A stretch of DNA of 64,000 nucleotides from Setoptus koraiensis (Eukaryota > Animalia > Arthropoda), in NCBI GenBank assembly GCA_048013815.1, contig CM106586.1:20708001-20772000 (forward strand). Reading direction: 5' to 3'. The stretch's first letter is position 1, and the number at the start of each line of letters is the position of its first letter. The notes below the pieces were generated by a model. That model was not told the origin of the DNA, made no database searches, and was given only the letters and a program-made list of their open reading frames with translations. Of the stretch, positions 50,828 through 62,979 are shown one piece after another. The position numbers and the translations under genes were made by a program.

Positions 50828-52655
50828 CGCGAAGGGAACCGTCGCACTTTTGGCGAGAATTCAGCGCCGGAGAGGCCCGCTGAAGAGGCTGCGAAGCAGG
50901 CGGTTGCGGGCTCGCCCCCATGCAGCAACTGACTTTGGTCGTAATGGCTGATAATGGCCGCTTTGAGCCAAACAAGCGACCATAAATCATTTGTTTGTGC
51001 CTTCAGAGCGGGCTGTAATGGGTTAATAGAGTGCGCTTGACACTCTTTTCAAAGGAGAGTCGCTGCCGCGAAGGGGCCCGCTCCGACAGACACAAACCGT
51101 TGGTTGTTCTCGCGCGCCAGCTCGCGAGCAATCAATATATTAAATGTTGCAAATGTTGAAAAGACAACTGACCAGCGCCCGTTCGGCCCGCTGGCAGCGC
51201 CAAATTTGTAGCTGCTCGGGCCCCAAGCTTTGCCTGGCTTGTCGTCGGAGCCGTTAATCGTTGCGCCGCAGCGACCGGGGCTCAAGTTGCTGCTGGCGAG
51301 CGGCGTTGCGATGGCCGAGCAAACAGAAACGTAATTTAAACCGGCGCCCAAATGATTTGGCCCAAATCAGGGCACTGTTACCATCGCTGTTTATCCGACT
51401 GTAAAATTATAGCGCACGCCGATTTCGGAGTAATTAGGCCGCGCCAGCAACGCCGTCGCTCGGACCGGCCCCTAAGCACCTGAACATATCCGCATAATGC
51501 GCGGGTATCCGTACGGTGCACGGGTACCCGATAGAATGGTTGGGCGCCGCGGGCCGGCCATCACGGCCAATGAGTATTGTCTATAACTTATAGACAATAA
51601 GTGAGTGAGCCCGGTAGCTTGCATGATTGTCGAGTTGCAAATTGCAACTCGCCCGTGGCCGCCCGCTATTTTGCGCCACCCGATATCCCGGCGGCACCCG
51701 GTACAGCGTGCACAGGCGAGCGGCCTGTACCTGTACCGGTACAGGTAAGCCGCTCAGCTGTAAATGGTGAACGCGTTATGCAAACATTGACAACGACAGG
51801 GATAACTGGCCACTAGTTGTTGTTGGTCAGCAATTTAGTCAGTGAGCACGAGTGACCATTTATAGGCAACACCTCCCTCGCCTGGTGCAAGCTGCTGGTG
51901 CCACATACAAACCATGGGCGCCCCAGCGGCGCCCGTGGAGAATTACGCCGCTACTATTGCCGGCCCGGCCAGCCTATTATTTACCGTTATTATTGGTGGC
52001 ATTTGTTTGCATCGCAAGCCCGCGGTTTTATACCTGGCCAATTGCGTTCAATTGGCCAGGTAGCCGCGGCGGCGCCACACTGGCCAAGTAGCGGGGCCCC
52101 GGTGCACGCAGCCCGTGCCGGCCGGACTATGCGCGGGCATCAGCAACTAACAAAGACACAAACAAAAGAATCGACTCTCTTATTTTTGGCCCAACGATCG
52201 ATCGGTGGTCTAGTCAAGTCGGCTGGTGCGTGGCTGGCGCCCGACGCTCGCCAGGGGCCCGCGACGCGCCAGCTCAATTGAATAATCGATGAGCGCGAGC
52301 TGAGCCCGCAATCCTCGAGCTTTTGACTTGGCCGGGCGCCCCACAATTGCCCGCAACACGGCAACCGGCCACTGGTTTGGCAGCGGGCCGAAACAGCCGC
52401 GCCACCTTACCGCCTCACTTTCAATTCCGCTGCGGCGCGGCCCATGGTGGCGCAATGGGAGCTCCCACGGGTCCGCTGGCCGGTCGCAAATGGGCCAAAT
52501 TGGCCCCGTCCGAATGCGGCCGCTGCCGTTTAGTGCGGGGGCCGCTTGCTTGCGGGCCGGCCCGCACAGTCAACATTTGCAATGGGCCTACGCTCGTCTG
52601 TCTACTATTTACAACTCTGGCCACGGAAGCAACCAGAGAGTTGTAAATAGTAAAT

Positions 52656-52676
52656 AAGTCAGCAAGTTGCTGACTT
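52656..52676. repeat. Inverted repeat: 10-bp arms, 1-nt spacer
   Basis: AAGTCAGCAA-g-TTGCTGACTT. Confidence 0.9.
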
Positions 52677-54237
52677 GACAAACACACTCAATCGCTGCCC
52701 GGCCGCCAAACAATCTCGCCGGGCCGCACAAAAAAGCGATACCGGCCCGCCAGGCGCCTCGTCAGCAGCGCCACTATAGCGGGCCACATAGCGCCAGTGA
52801 GAGGGGCCCACTGTGCGGGCCCACTTAGTGGATTTAACGATTTTAGTGGGGCGCCCACTCACTTGATGTGTCCACTTGCGGGCCACCGGCAAGACGCTCC
52901 GTCAAAACTGGCAACGGTGTTGCGTTCACACAAGAGTGCGCCCTCACTTTGAATCAGCATTACAATTTGAATTACTCGGCCCCATTCCGTGCCATCTCTC
53001 GCTTGGTGGCTATTTTCGGCTCGTCGGGGGCCCGTTCTTTGTGTCGCCACGTCGTTGTGTCGCGGTGTCTTCGGCTCGCTGTGTCGCCGAGTCGCCGAGT
53101 CGCCGCGTCGTGCAACGGCGGGCCGTGTCAGCCGGGCCGGGCCGGGCCGGCGGCGGTTGTGGTCTGGTTGGCGCGCGCGCCCGAGAGCGGTCCAAGTGCG
53201 CCAGAATGGGTTGGTCGCGAACAGAATTGGTTAGTCGAGAGGAGAATGCATTTGATAAGTAGAGATCATGCAACACAATAGAACACAAGCTTGTGAGAGG
53301 GCCCCATTTCGAGTCGGCCTCCCCCAAGAAGCGGGACGGCTCGCAGCTGCGGGCCCCACTCAGCGCCCGTCGCCACGGAGCGAGCCCAAAGAAAGCGAGC
53401 GCAGCCAAACAAAGCAGAGTCTATCTAATATTATTCAGTTGCCAGTTTGCCAATCTAAATTTCAATTCTCTGCCGGAGTGGGGGAGCGCGAGAGAGTGCG
53501 GCTATCCATCAATCCGGCCCCATCAGCCACTAGGGCCCCGGCTCAGCTTGTCTCTGGCAAAGTCTGCCGGCCGGCTCGCTTTTTGGCTGGCAGGGGGCGG
53601 GCGAGCAAACAGATAGGCGGCCAGGCAGCGGCGAAATTCTGGCTAGCTCGCCAGCCAGCCAGCCAGCCAGCCAGCAGGGCGAGGCATTATTCAGAGGGGC
53701 CTTTGTCGCAAACAAGTTTGCGAGTAGCGGCAACAGTATTGCCAGTAATTCCTATTCGCACACTGTCTGTTTGGCCCGCTCTGTGGGGCCCTACACAAAC
53801 AGTGTAGGCCAGTGTAGAGGCCCCCATAGTATGGGGCCCATACAACAATGTTATGTAATGAGATGGCGGCGGATATGGCTCGTATGACACATGCACTGGT
53901 TACATTATAATAATAATGGCAACAGTGGTAATAACGACGATAGTAATAATAGCAATAATAATAGTACCACTAACTGCTGTGAATCGGCCAGCGGCACCCA
54001 TCGGCCCCGTTGCGTGTCGGCGGCCCGAGCGGGGGCCATTGAGCGGATATGCGCCGCTGGCCCCAGAATCAATCTGTCTGTTTGTGTGGGGGCGCGATGC
54101 GACTTGCGTCGCATCAGGCGACATTGCGACTCGTGCTGGCCGATGCAGAGGTCCGACGGTGTTCCAACGGCCAGATACCGCACAGCCAATGTGTCGCGGG
54201 TGGCGCCACTGGCCCGTGTGGCCGCCACAAAACGTTC

Positions 54238-54362
54238 ATATAAATATAAATACAAATACGAATATAAACACAAGCATAAATATAAATACGAGCATGGATA
54301 TAAATGCAGCACAAACATAAATGAGAGCATGGATATAAATACAAGCATAAATATAAATATAA
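54238..54362. repeat. AT-rich period-6 degenerate repeat (ATAAAT/ACAAAT/ACGAGC)
   Basis: Hexamer periodicity; gives the YKYKYKYEYKHK ORF shadow. Confidence 0.8.
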
Positions 54363-57300
54363 AGTGCCGGCCAAGACGCCGGCCATGGCTGCAGTGGCGA
54401 GCGACAAGTGCATCGAAATTATCCCTCGCTGATCCTCTTATCTCAGGCCCTCTTACGTGCCCTTTATCTGGCCGAAAACGCGCCCAGTGTCCGTGCGATT
54501 TTGACGCCGATGAGGGCGCATGCAAATGGAATCGCGCTTTGTTTGGCTGGCAAGCCAAACAAAGCCAGCAACGGCCGCCACGCCAACAATGACACACCGA
54601 GCGGCTCCTGGCGTGCGAAATGGGGACCCCGTTCATTTGTAGCAAGTTTATTACTATGCTCTCTCTGTCTCTCTCGTGAAAAACCCACGGCCAGCGAGTC
54701 TGGCCTTTGTGCTTCCATTTGAATACATTTGCGGCTTGCCAAGTGGCCAGGGGGCCGCCTGGCGCCCAGCCAAGACACTGAGACTGCAGCAAACTGCACG
54801 CAAGTCGGCCGGTCGGCCGGCCAGCTCGGTGACAGCGGCCAGAAAGCGGCCAGAGGGCGGCCAGAGAGAAGTCGTCAATCATGCTAAATGATTGCCAGTA
54901 GTGGCTGGTTAGATAGTGGCAACTGGATCTAGTCAGCATGATTGAACGGTGCTCACAAACAAAACAGAAGCAGCCCAAACAGGGGGCCCCACAACAGATA
55001 CAACTGGGCGCACACAAAGGGGCCTCATATTGCAATGCAACAATGACGACACCGTCGCCACCGTATCCACTTACGATCGTGACGCAACGCAAGTCTGTTG
55101 TATTGGTTGTCGTTGTTGTTGTCACAACAATGTTGTTTCAGGTCTCGCACGTCGTCTCAACACGAGCACAATGGGCACAGAGAGCGGGGCCCCGCTCCAC
55201 ATTATCCGAGAGGCCATTCGATAGCGCTCATGGGCTCGCTCTCGTCGGCGTTCTCTCGGCGTTCTGTTATCGTTCTCTCAGCTTTCTGTTTGCGTCCTGT
55301 TGGCGTTCTGTTGGCGTCAACACGTCAAAAGTGTGGACGCACGGCGCCCCATCCGAACATCTAATTATAAACTGGCCAAGCTGTCGAGCTGCGATGCAAC
55401 GGTGACGGCGCCAATATTCATCACGCAACACGTTCATTTGATGGCCCCTAGGTGAGCCAGCTCTGGCGGTTCGGCCTTGGTGACGCGGCTGGCCGTGGCC
55501 GGCGCACGTCCAGCCGAAGCGGCTGCGAATATCCGAGCGAGCCGGGGCCCCCGCTTGTCCGGTGTGCTGCCGCGTGCCCGCCAGCTCAACTGAGGCGACA
55601 AATGGCGCCCCAAGAACAGGAATAGATATGGAATTCATATCCAATATTGCGCAAGAATGTCAATATGGCAGCGGGCAAACAATATCACCGGACGACGACT
55701 CAAAATTTAGACAAACAACGCGCTTCAATGCCGACAGAAAAATAATAATAATAAATATAAACTGAATTCACCTGAGCCGCTGCATAAAGCCGGTGAGTGG
55801 CGTGTAAATTGCGGCAAGCTCACGCTGCAATAACCGGCGTTATTGGCTACAACGGATCCAATTGCATCGTCAAGCTGGCCGTCAGATGTGCGGCTCGCTC
55901 AGGCTTGAAGTCTCTTAATATCTGTTTGTTTTCGGGCGCTGGTTGCGGCGAGCAATGCCGCGATATGCGATCATCGCAATGTGATGGCATTCGTCCATTT
56001 GCACTGTCGCAGTGGGCCCCGGTTGTGTCTTGTGCGAAGCCTCAATGTTGGCCAATCGAAAACAAATCAACGGCAACAACAGCAACAACAACAGCAACAA
56101 CAACAGCAACAACAACAGCAGCAACAACAACAAAAACAGCGACAACACCAGCAACAACAACAACGACAACGTGTTGTGTGCCTTGTTTTCGTATGTGTCC
56201 GCGGCTCGAACTTGACGATATTCACCATCCAGGGGGGCCCACATCACACAACGCTGTTGTTGTGATACGACGAGTTAGTCGAGTGAGGCGCCAAAAAGCG
56301 CTCTAGCATTTAGCCACTCATATACTTATGCTTATAAGGGCATACGCATGCACTACACAATCGCTATTGGCGATGCGTTTGCATGGGCAAGTCGCGAACG
56401 GCGCTAGGCGCTGGGCGCCTAGCGACCAGCCAGCCAGCCGGCAAGTGTTAGTCATCAATTTTAGTTTCAATTTCTACATCAACTTACATCATCACATTTA
56501 TTTACCCGAACTTCGACGGAGTGCATTGAAGCGCACCACATATTGCTCCTCGGCGCCCGCCAGCAGATATGCGGCCGCCCAACGGGCCTCACACTGGGCC
56601 GGCGGGGCCCGGATTGCGCACTAGACTCGGCCCGGGATTGCCGAGTGCCAGGGAATCGCACCCGCTAACCAGTGCGAGCGGCTCGTCACGGTGCCCGTCG
56701 TCTGGCAATGAGTGGCCCATTTCGATTGGCGCGAGACGCGGGCGCTTAGGCGCCCGCTCTGGTTTGATTGGGCGAAATGTCAGACGCCACTCGACAATCA
56801 CAAACAATTTACACACATTCCAGCGCGCCGCCAGCACCAAATGAGCAAACCAAAAGAGCATCTGCAAATGCGTGCTGCCGGGGCCGCCTTGCAGCGGACA
56901 TTTGCGGGTCGCGGCGGACGTTGGCGAGTCGCAACAAACACAGAAACAATGCGGTTTGTCGGCCGCTTCTTTTTGCCAGTCAGTGCTCGAAGGAGGCGCC
57001 CTCTTGGAATGGGCGCACCGCACTCAGGGGCGCCGTAAGGCGGTCGCAATCGCCAATTAAATGGAGCCGGTCTCCATTGCGGGGCTTCTGGCGGCAGCTC
57101 ACTGAAACTCGTTGCAATTTCCATCACGAATTCATCTGCGTCGCTCATTGTTGGACACTCACTGCTGGTTACATTAGTCAATTCGTCCGGGCGCCGCGAC
57201 GTCGGAGTCCCAAGTTCGGACACACAGCAACCACTATTTGTTGTTCGTCCGTGTTTGTTTTGTCGCAAAACAAATCACACCTCCATTGGGGCCCACTTGA

Positions 57301-58821
57301 ATGGAGTGAATCGCATCGGAAAGTGGCATTCATTGACTTCGCTTCATCGTGTATCGAGCTCGATTTGGTGTTTGCTCGCCCAGGTGAACAAACACCAAAT
57401 GGACCAATCCGGCCAATCCGGCCAATTCGACCAATTCGACCGATGCGATGCCCATCGCAAGAAATGGCTGCGGCTGACCGAAACATCGGCACACAACAGC
57501 GGTTTTGTCGGACGCAAGTCAGATACGATTGCAGTCGAGTCGCCTGTCCATTGTTTGCCGAGCCGGCCCGCTCAACACAACCTACAGCGACAACAAATAC
57601 ACACAAAATTCCGTGTAACCCAATGTAACCGTTAGATTGTGGGGCTTGCGAGCTTGCGGCCAGATTGCGGGGCGACACCCAGCGACACAAAAATATATGT
57701 ATTTCCTGTCTTGCTTGGCGCTTGGTCTGAATCGCCGGCTGGCGCTCGTGTGTCACTGGCCTGTCACTGGGCAGCGTGACGCACGAGCCCGAGACGAAAG
57801 TTGGTTGCCGGCTCCGGCCCATAAGTGGTGGTCAGCGCCACGATGACATTAGTCAAGTGACCCTCGTGTGTAATGCGGTTGTTGTTGGCGCTGTCGTCGT
57901 GCGTCGCTGCACACTTGTCACCGGCCGCCATTGCAGCAACCGTGGGCGCGCCGGGGCCAAGGTAATACCTTCGAGATGTCGGTGTGTGCGGGTTGTTGAT
58001 ACCGTCAACCGTTGCCAGCAGCCGGCAGCCGGCAGCCAACGAGTCAAGTGGGCGCCCGTTACGTAACGACGCAAGCAATATAAACGCATCATGATGTATG
58101 TTGCATTCATGTTTATGGGGCCCGCATCGGGAGACACGAATGGCGCGATGACAAGTGTAGTTGTCGCTGTCGGTTAGTGGGCACCGGATTATAGTGTTAT
58201 CATAGCGCGGCTTGTAGCAACGAGCAACAAACTGTGGCCAGTGGCGAGCTCGTGTCGACGCAACAAACTTGGTTGCTCAAAGTCGTTTTGTCAACAACAA
58301 CAAATATCTGAAAACAGAGGAAAAAACCAACAAAGCCAAAAGCAAACGGCAAAAAACGGCGGGTATCAGCGGCCGCTCGCAAATATCCGGCCGGCAAATA
58401 TCGATCGGGGCGTTATGCGGCGCCCGGCAACAGTGCGGCAATTTAAACTGGCACAACAATGTCAGCGGGGCCCGAGCGACAAAAGTAATGTCACTAAAAA
58501 CGGGCGACACGAGCAAAAAATTGACACACTGGGGCCCGCTTGCCGGCCGCATCTTGCCGCTCGCCGCTTGCCACTGGCAACGTGCGAATCGGCGCGCGCT
58601 GATGAGAATGAGAATGAGCGGAAGAAGACGGCTGGCTTCCGGGGTTGGCGGGGCGCGCGCCGAGCGGCCCTTTGATGGGCGCCCCCGAAGCGGATAAATG
58701 GATAAATGGAAATGAATTATTCGCGTGATGCTCGCTCGTGTGTGCGACTCGCAAATTGTTGTGTGAGCCGTTGTTGCGAGTCGCCGGTTGCTGCGGCTGG
58801 CCGGTTGTTGCGAGTCGCCTC

Positions 58822-58911
58822 CAGAGTCGCGAGTCGCCTTCAGAGTCGCGAGTCGCCGCCAGAGTCGCGAGTTGCCGCCAGGGTCGCGAGTTGCCGCCAG
58901 AGTCGCGAGTT
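58822..58911. repeat. 19-bp tandem repeat, core CAGAGTCGCGAGT(C/T)GCC, x~5
   Basis: Unit starts at 58822, 58841, 58860, 58879 and 58898. Confidence 0.92.
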
Positions 58912-61123
58912 GCGAGCGAAAAAGCGCCAATTGAAAATTGGCCAGTTGCGCCAGTCTGGTCAGTCTGGCCAGTGGCCGGCGCCGGCCAGCATAATAATGT
59001 TAATGCTACATCTATTTCGGGCGAGCGATCGAGCCGCGGCCTTGGTGCACACGGGCAAACATAATTAGTTTACCTAGTTGGCGCAGGACGCGCAGCCGGG
59101 GCCCCAGTGGCGCACGATGACCGGTCTGGGCAATCTATTAATTAGCTGCGCGTGGTTGTTTTTGTTTGGCCAGTCACTTTGCATCGGAGTGGCGCGCCAG
59201 CTCGACATTTGAGCTCGGCTCGTGCCAGCCCGGGCTGGCACGAGCACGAGCAACCAGAATTATTAATATTAGAGAGCTCGTGATATACATAATATACGTG
59301 GTATGAGTGATGTAACCGGGATGAGTGATATACGGCACCGTCTGAGTGATATGCATGATATGATGGCAGCATCACGTATTAGCTGGCGTGTAATAGTTGT
59401 TGTAGTGATAGTTTGTGTGTGTGTGTGTCGGCTCGCGATGCAAACGTGATAGATTTGTCTCTCTCTCTCTCTCTCTATTCAAAGCAGCTGTTTGCCGATA
59501 TGTTGCCCGCAACGTGGCCGCTGGCCCACCAATGGCCGGCAACAGTCAGGGGCCCCAAGTCTCGACACTGTTGGCCCAATATAATAATAATTGTACCGGC
59601 CAGTATTGTCGATACAATTGTCTATTGGGCACGGCATATCAATGCTGTGACCAACTGTGGATGCCAACTGACAGCTCATAGCGATAATGGGCACAATAAC
59701 AATGCCTGCTTGGTGGCGCTGTCGTCGGCGGGGCCAGTCAAGTGTGACATGACGATTCGCCGTGACGCAAAATGATAAAATGCTTATAATAAAATGAGCT
59801 TATGTGCCAGCGGTATTTGCTTTGTGGCTCACTCTCGACTGGACAGCGGGCCAGAGTGCGGCCAGGGCGCGGGCCAAAGTGTCTGGCCATAATCTGGCGC
59901 CCGCAACGAGTTTGACGACGGCGCGTCTGCGACACTGGCAACACTAATTCGCAACAATCTCGCCTTGTTTGTCGTGTCCGGCCCGGATCGTCTCTAGCGG
60001 ATCCGGCTGATCGGGCGGGCCGGCTCTAGCGGATTTGCGTATCGGGCGGTCGGCCGATCTGTGACGCATGGCATAATAATGATGGCGGCCGCAAGCCCAC
60101 ACGACCGCTAGCGGGCTCTAATTGACACCACTGATTGCGGTTGGCGGTTGACCGGCACAACATAACTTATGTGACATATGTCGGCCACTGAACTGGCGCA
60201 AACACGCCACGGCCAGCCACTTGACCAGTGGCTCAGTGTTAGTGTCGGCAATGTAAATTTGCGACAACTTATCAATTTATATTTGCGCAAATCGCTTGCC
60301 GGCTGGTCCATGGATAATAACGCTGGCCACTACTATTATCCGTGGATAGCAAGGACCGCGTGCAGCCATGGGTGCTTATCCGTTATCCACTCACTGGCAC
60401 TGTTTAACAATGTAATGTCATTACGCCAGTGTTACGCCACATAGACGCCATAATAGCCGGCACGTAGTCCACTGGCCACTGGTCAGCAGGCGGCGAGCGG
60501 CCGGGCTTGTGCAAGGGTCTTGGGCCAGTGGATATCCGATGCGATTATTATGCGGCTGTGTCCATTGTCTCAAGTGCAGTGCAAAACAAACAGGGCCGTA
60601 TAAACAACTGACCACCACTGACCAAACTCAATCAGATCCATAGCTGCCGGCAATGCGATCACTGCAATACGATCTATGCTGCATACGATCTATTTTGCAA
60701 GCCGCTCACTAATATGCGCCAGCCGCATTGGCCACCCATTATTGGCCCACTACTTATCACTGGCTCAACGCCGGCGCCGCTCATTACATTTCCTCTTTTC
60801 TGTTGGCCCCTCCATGGGCCCTCGACTTGGCCAAATGTAATGAGTGGCGCTGATCCTAATTAGGGATATCGCGACCACCGCAGCAGTAAATGATGAATGG
60901 GCGACCACGGCGCGCAACAATGGCTGCCCATTATGCAATGCCCCTCTTATCTCCTATTAATCTCAGCCTATGCCGACTCGGCAAGCGTGAATTGACATAT
61001 GGCGCACAAAACAGATCAATATCTCTATCAAACTGGATATTGGGCCCTCTTTCCCTCGGACCAAGCCGATATGTGACGAGATTGGACGTTGGCCAGCGAC
61101 GCCGGTTGCCCAGTAAGCATTTT

Positions 61124-61207
61124 GGTGGTTCCGATAGCTCGAGTGGCTCCGATAGCTCGAAAGGCTCTGATAGCTCTGGTGGCCATGATAGCTCTGGTGG
61201 CTCGGAT
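61124..61207. repeat. 18-bp degenerate tandem repeat (core GATAGCTC) x4
   Basis: Core at 61133, 61151, 61169 and 61187. Confidence 0.88.
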
Positions 61208-61480
61208 AAATCGCATAACTCCGACAGCCCTGATTGGCTCTGATAGCGGCCAGCCAGTGCGACTGACCGGCGGCCTTGGCGGCCGGGCCGCACGAAATTA
61301 GTCACATACACAATGACAATAATAAGTTCAATCATTGTCCGCTTACTAATACAACTCACTGACATTGTGTCTGACAACGATCAAATGACCAAACGGCCAA
61401 ATGGCCAAATCAGCCGGACATTGGGCATTGGTTATATCGTGCTATCACGGCATAATCTTGCTTGCGCCGTATTCTGGTTG

Positions 61481-61526
61481 CACGCGCTTGCACGCGCTTG
61501 CACGCGCTTGTACGCGCTTGTACGCG
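61481..61526. repeat. 10-bp tandem repeat (C/T)ACGCGCTTG x~4.6
   Basis: Read directly. Confidence 0.95.
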
Positions 61527-62072
61527 GTTACGTAACCATACACACGGGTATACACGGTGCATACAGACTGCTGAGGAGCCGCGCAGAATGCAAAAGGAAG
61601 CTGCTCGCCCGGCTGACAAGTTGTTGGCCAGCGCAATCACTACTTGTTGTGCGCCCCTGTCGGTCACTCTCTAATTAGGCCAATGCATCATTCACATACA
61701 TGTATACGTCATATTTATACGCGCGGGCCTCGTTTGTGTAGCGGCCCCATGTAAGCGGGTGCTATATGCTCATTATAAGCGCGCCTCTATGTGTGCAACC
61801 AAGCAACCAATAAAAGCAGTTATCATGATAGATCGCTGGCCATTCAATGAGCACGGGCGGCAGCAACGGCAGCATGATAAATTCAATGAGCCACCACAAT
61901 GAGCGCCCCCAAACAAGACAGCGTCTCACTAGTTTTGGTCTCGTCACACTGGCCAGACTCCGGTCAGACTGGCTAGACAGTCAACAATGCGAGCGCCTAA
62001 CAATGGCTCCACTGGCAGGCCATGATTCAATTTGGACAACGATCGCCCGCCAAGATAACATTTGATGAGGAT

Positions 62073-62183
62073 GTTCAGTGGATATTCGCTGGCTGTTCAG
62101 TGGATATTCGCTTGCTGTTCGCCGGCTATTCGCTGGCTGTTCGGTGGATATTCGGTGGCTATTCGGTGGCTATTCGGTGGATA
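62073..62183. repeat. 22-bp repeat GTTCAGTGGATATTCGCTGGCT resolving into 11-bp (G/C)TATTCGGTGG units
   Basis: Period 22 on the left and period 11 on the right. Confidence 0.88.
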
Positions 62184-62917
62184 TCTGGTCGACGCGGCCA
62201 AGTGAGGGCCACCTACCGCCAGAGCCTGAGTGGGGTCAGAGCTGGGTCTAGGCACGGGCCAAAGTGTGGGCCAAGACGCGTAAAAGCACACGCAAAGGCA
62301 CGAACAAACGCGCTAGCCACGCTGCGGGCCAAAGTGTTGGCCTCGAGGGGCCCCAATGGCAGCGATTTTTATCTGTGTGCTTGGCCTAGTTATGATGATG
62401 ATAGTTATGCCGAGACAAGCCTATTTAGCATGTTGGATCGGCCCGGCCTGGTCCGGCCCGAATTGTTACGCAACAAACAAGCATCGATGCCCGAACTGTG
62501 CAGGGCACCAACAGTGATTAAGTGTAACGGCTTGTAACAATTTCAAGTTGGGCCCTTTCTCCAAAAAACACATGCCTTGTCCATATTGGCTCAAAAGTGA
62601 CTCAAAAGCGCTTCTTGGCGCACTCTTTCCAATTGAGAACACACCAAAGCTTGCCGGATGCTCTCATGTTTCGCATGTTTCACTGCTGGTACTACCCAAT
62701 CGGTAGCACTAAGCTAGTGGTCCTAAGGAGCAAAAGTGCAAGTTGCGCTGAAATCAATTCCGTGGACTTTATTATTTATTTATTACCAGATATCGCTTTG
62801 CCGAGCCCATGCAATATCCAGTTTTAGTTAGCAACTGTGTGCTAACTGCCTGCGAGTGTGCCCAATCAACTGATTGCTTTCGTCCGACATCACATGAAAT
62901 CGGATTATACTTATCAC

Positions 62918-62979
62918 ATCGCTTCGCTTCGCATCGCATCAAATCGCATCGCTTCGCATCGCATCAAATCGCATCGCAT
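62918..62979. repeat. TCGCA/TCGCT pentamer-based array with a 25-bp higher-order duplication
   Basis: GCTTCGCATCGCATCAAATCGCATC occurs twice in tandem. Confidence 0.85.

Noticed and set aside
53891-55125. 233-aa (+) and 406-aa (-) ORFs including a YKYKYE repeat
   Set aside because: Driven by trinucleotide and hexamer repeats and high GC; no recognisable domain or splice context.
56768-58930. Cluster of 140-290-aa ORFs on both strands
   Set aside because: Mutually overlapping, R/A/P-rich, with no conserved motifs; typical stop-poor GC-rich non-coding DNA.
62530-62900. AT-richer unique segment, possibly a hAT transposase C-terminal remnant on the minus strand
   Set aside because: The resemblance (QLALLLLRTTS) is too weak, with no SER.FS motif or TIRs.
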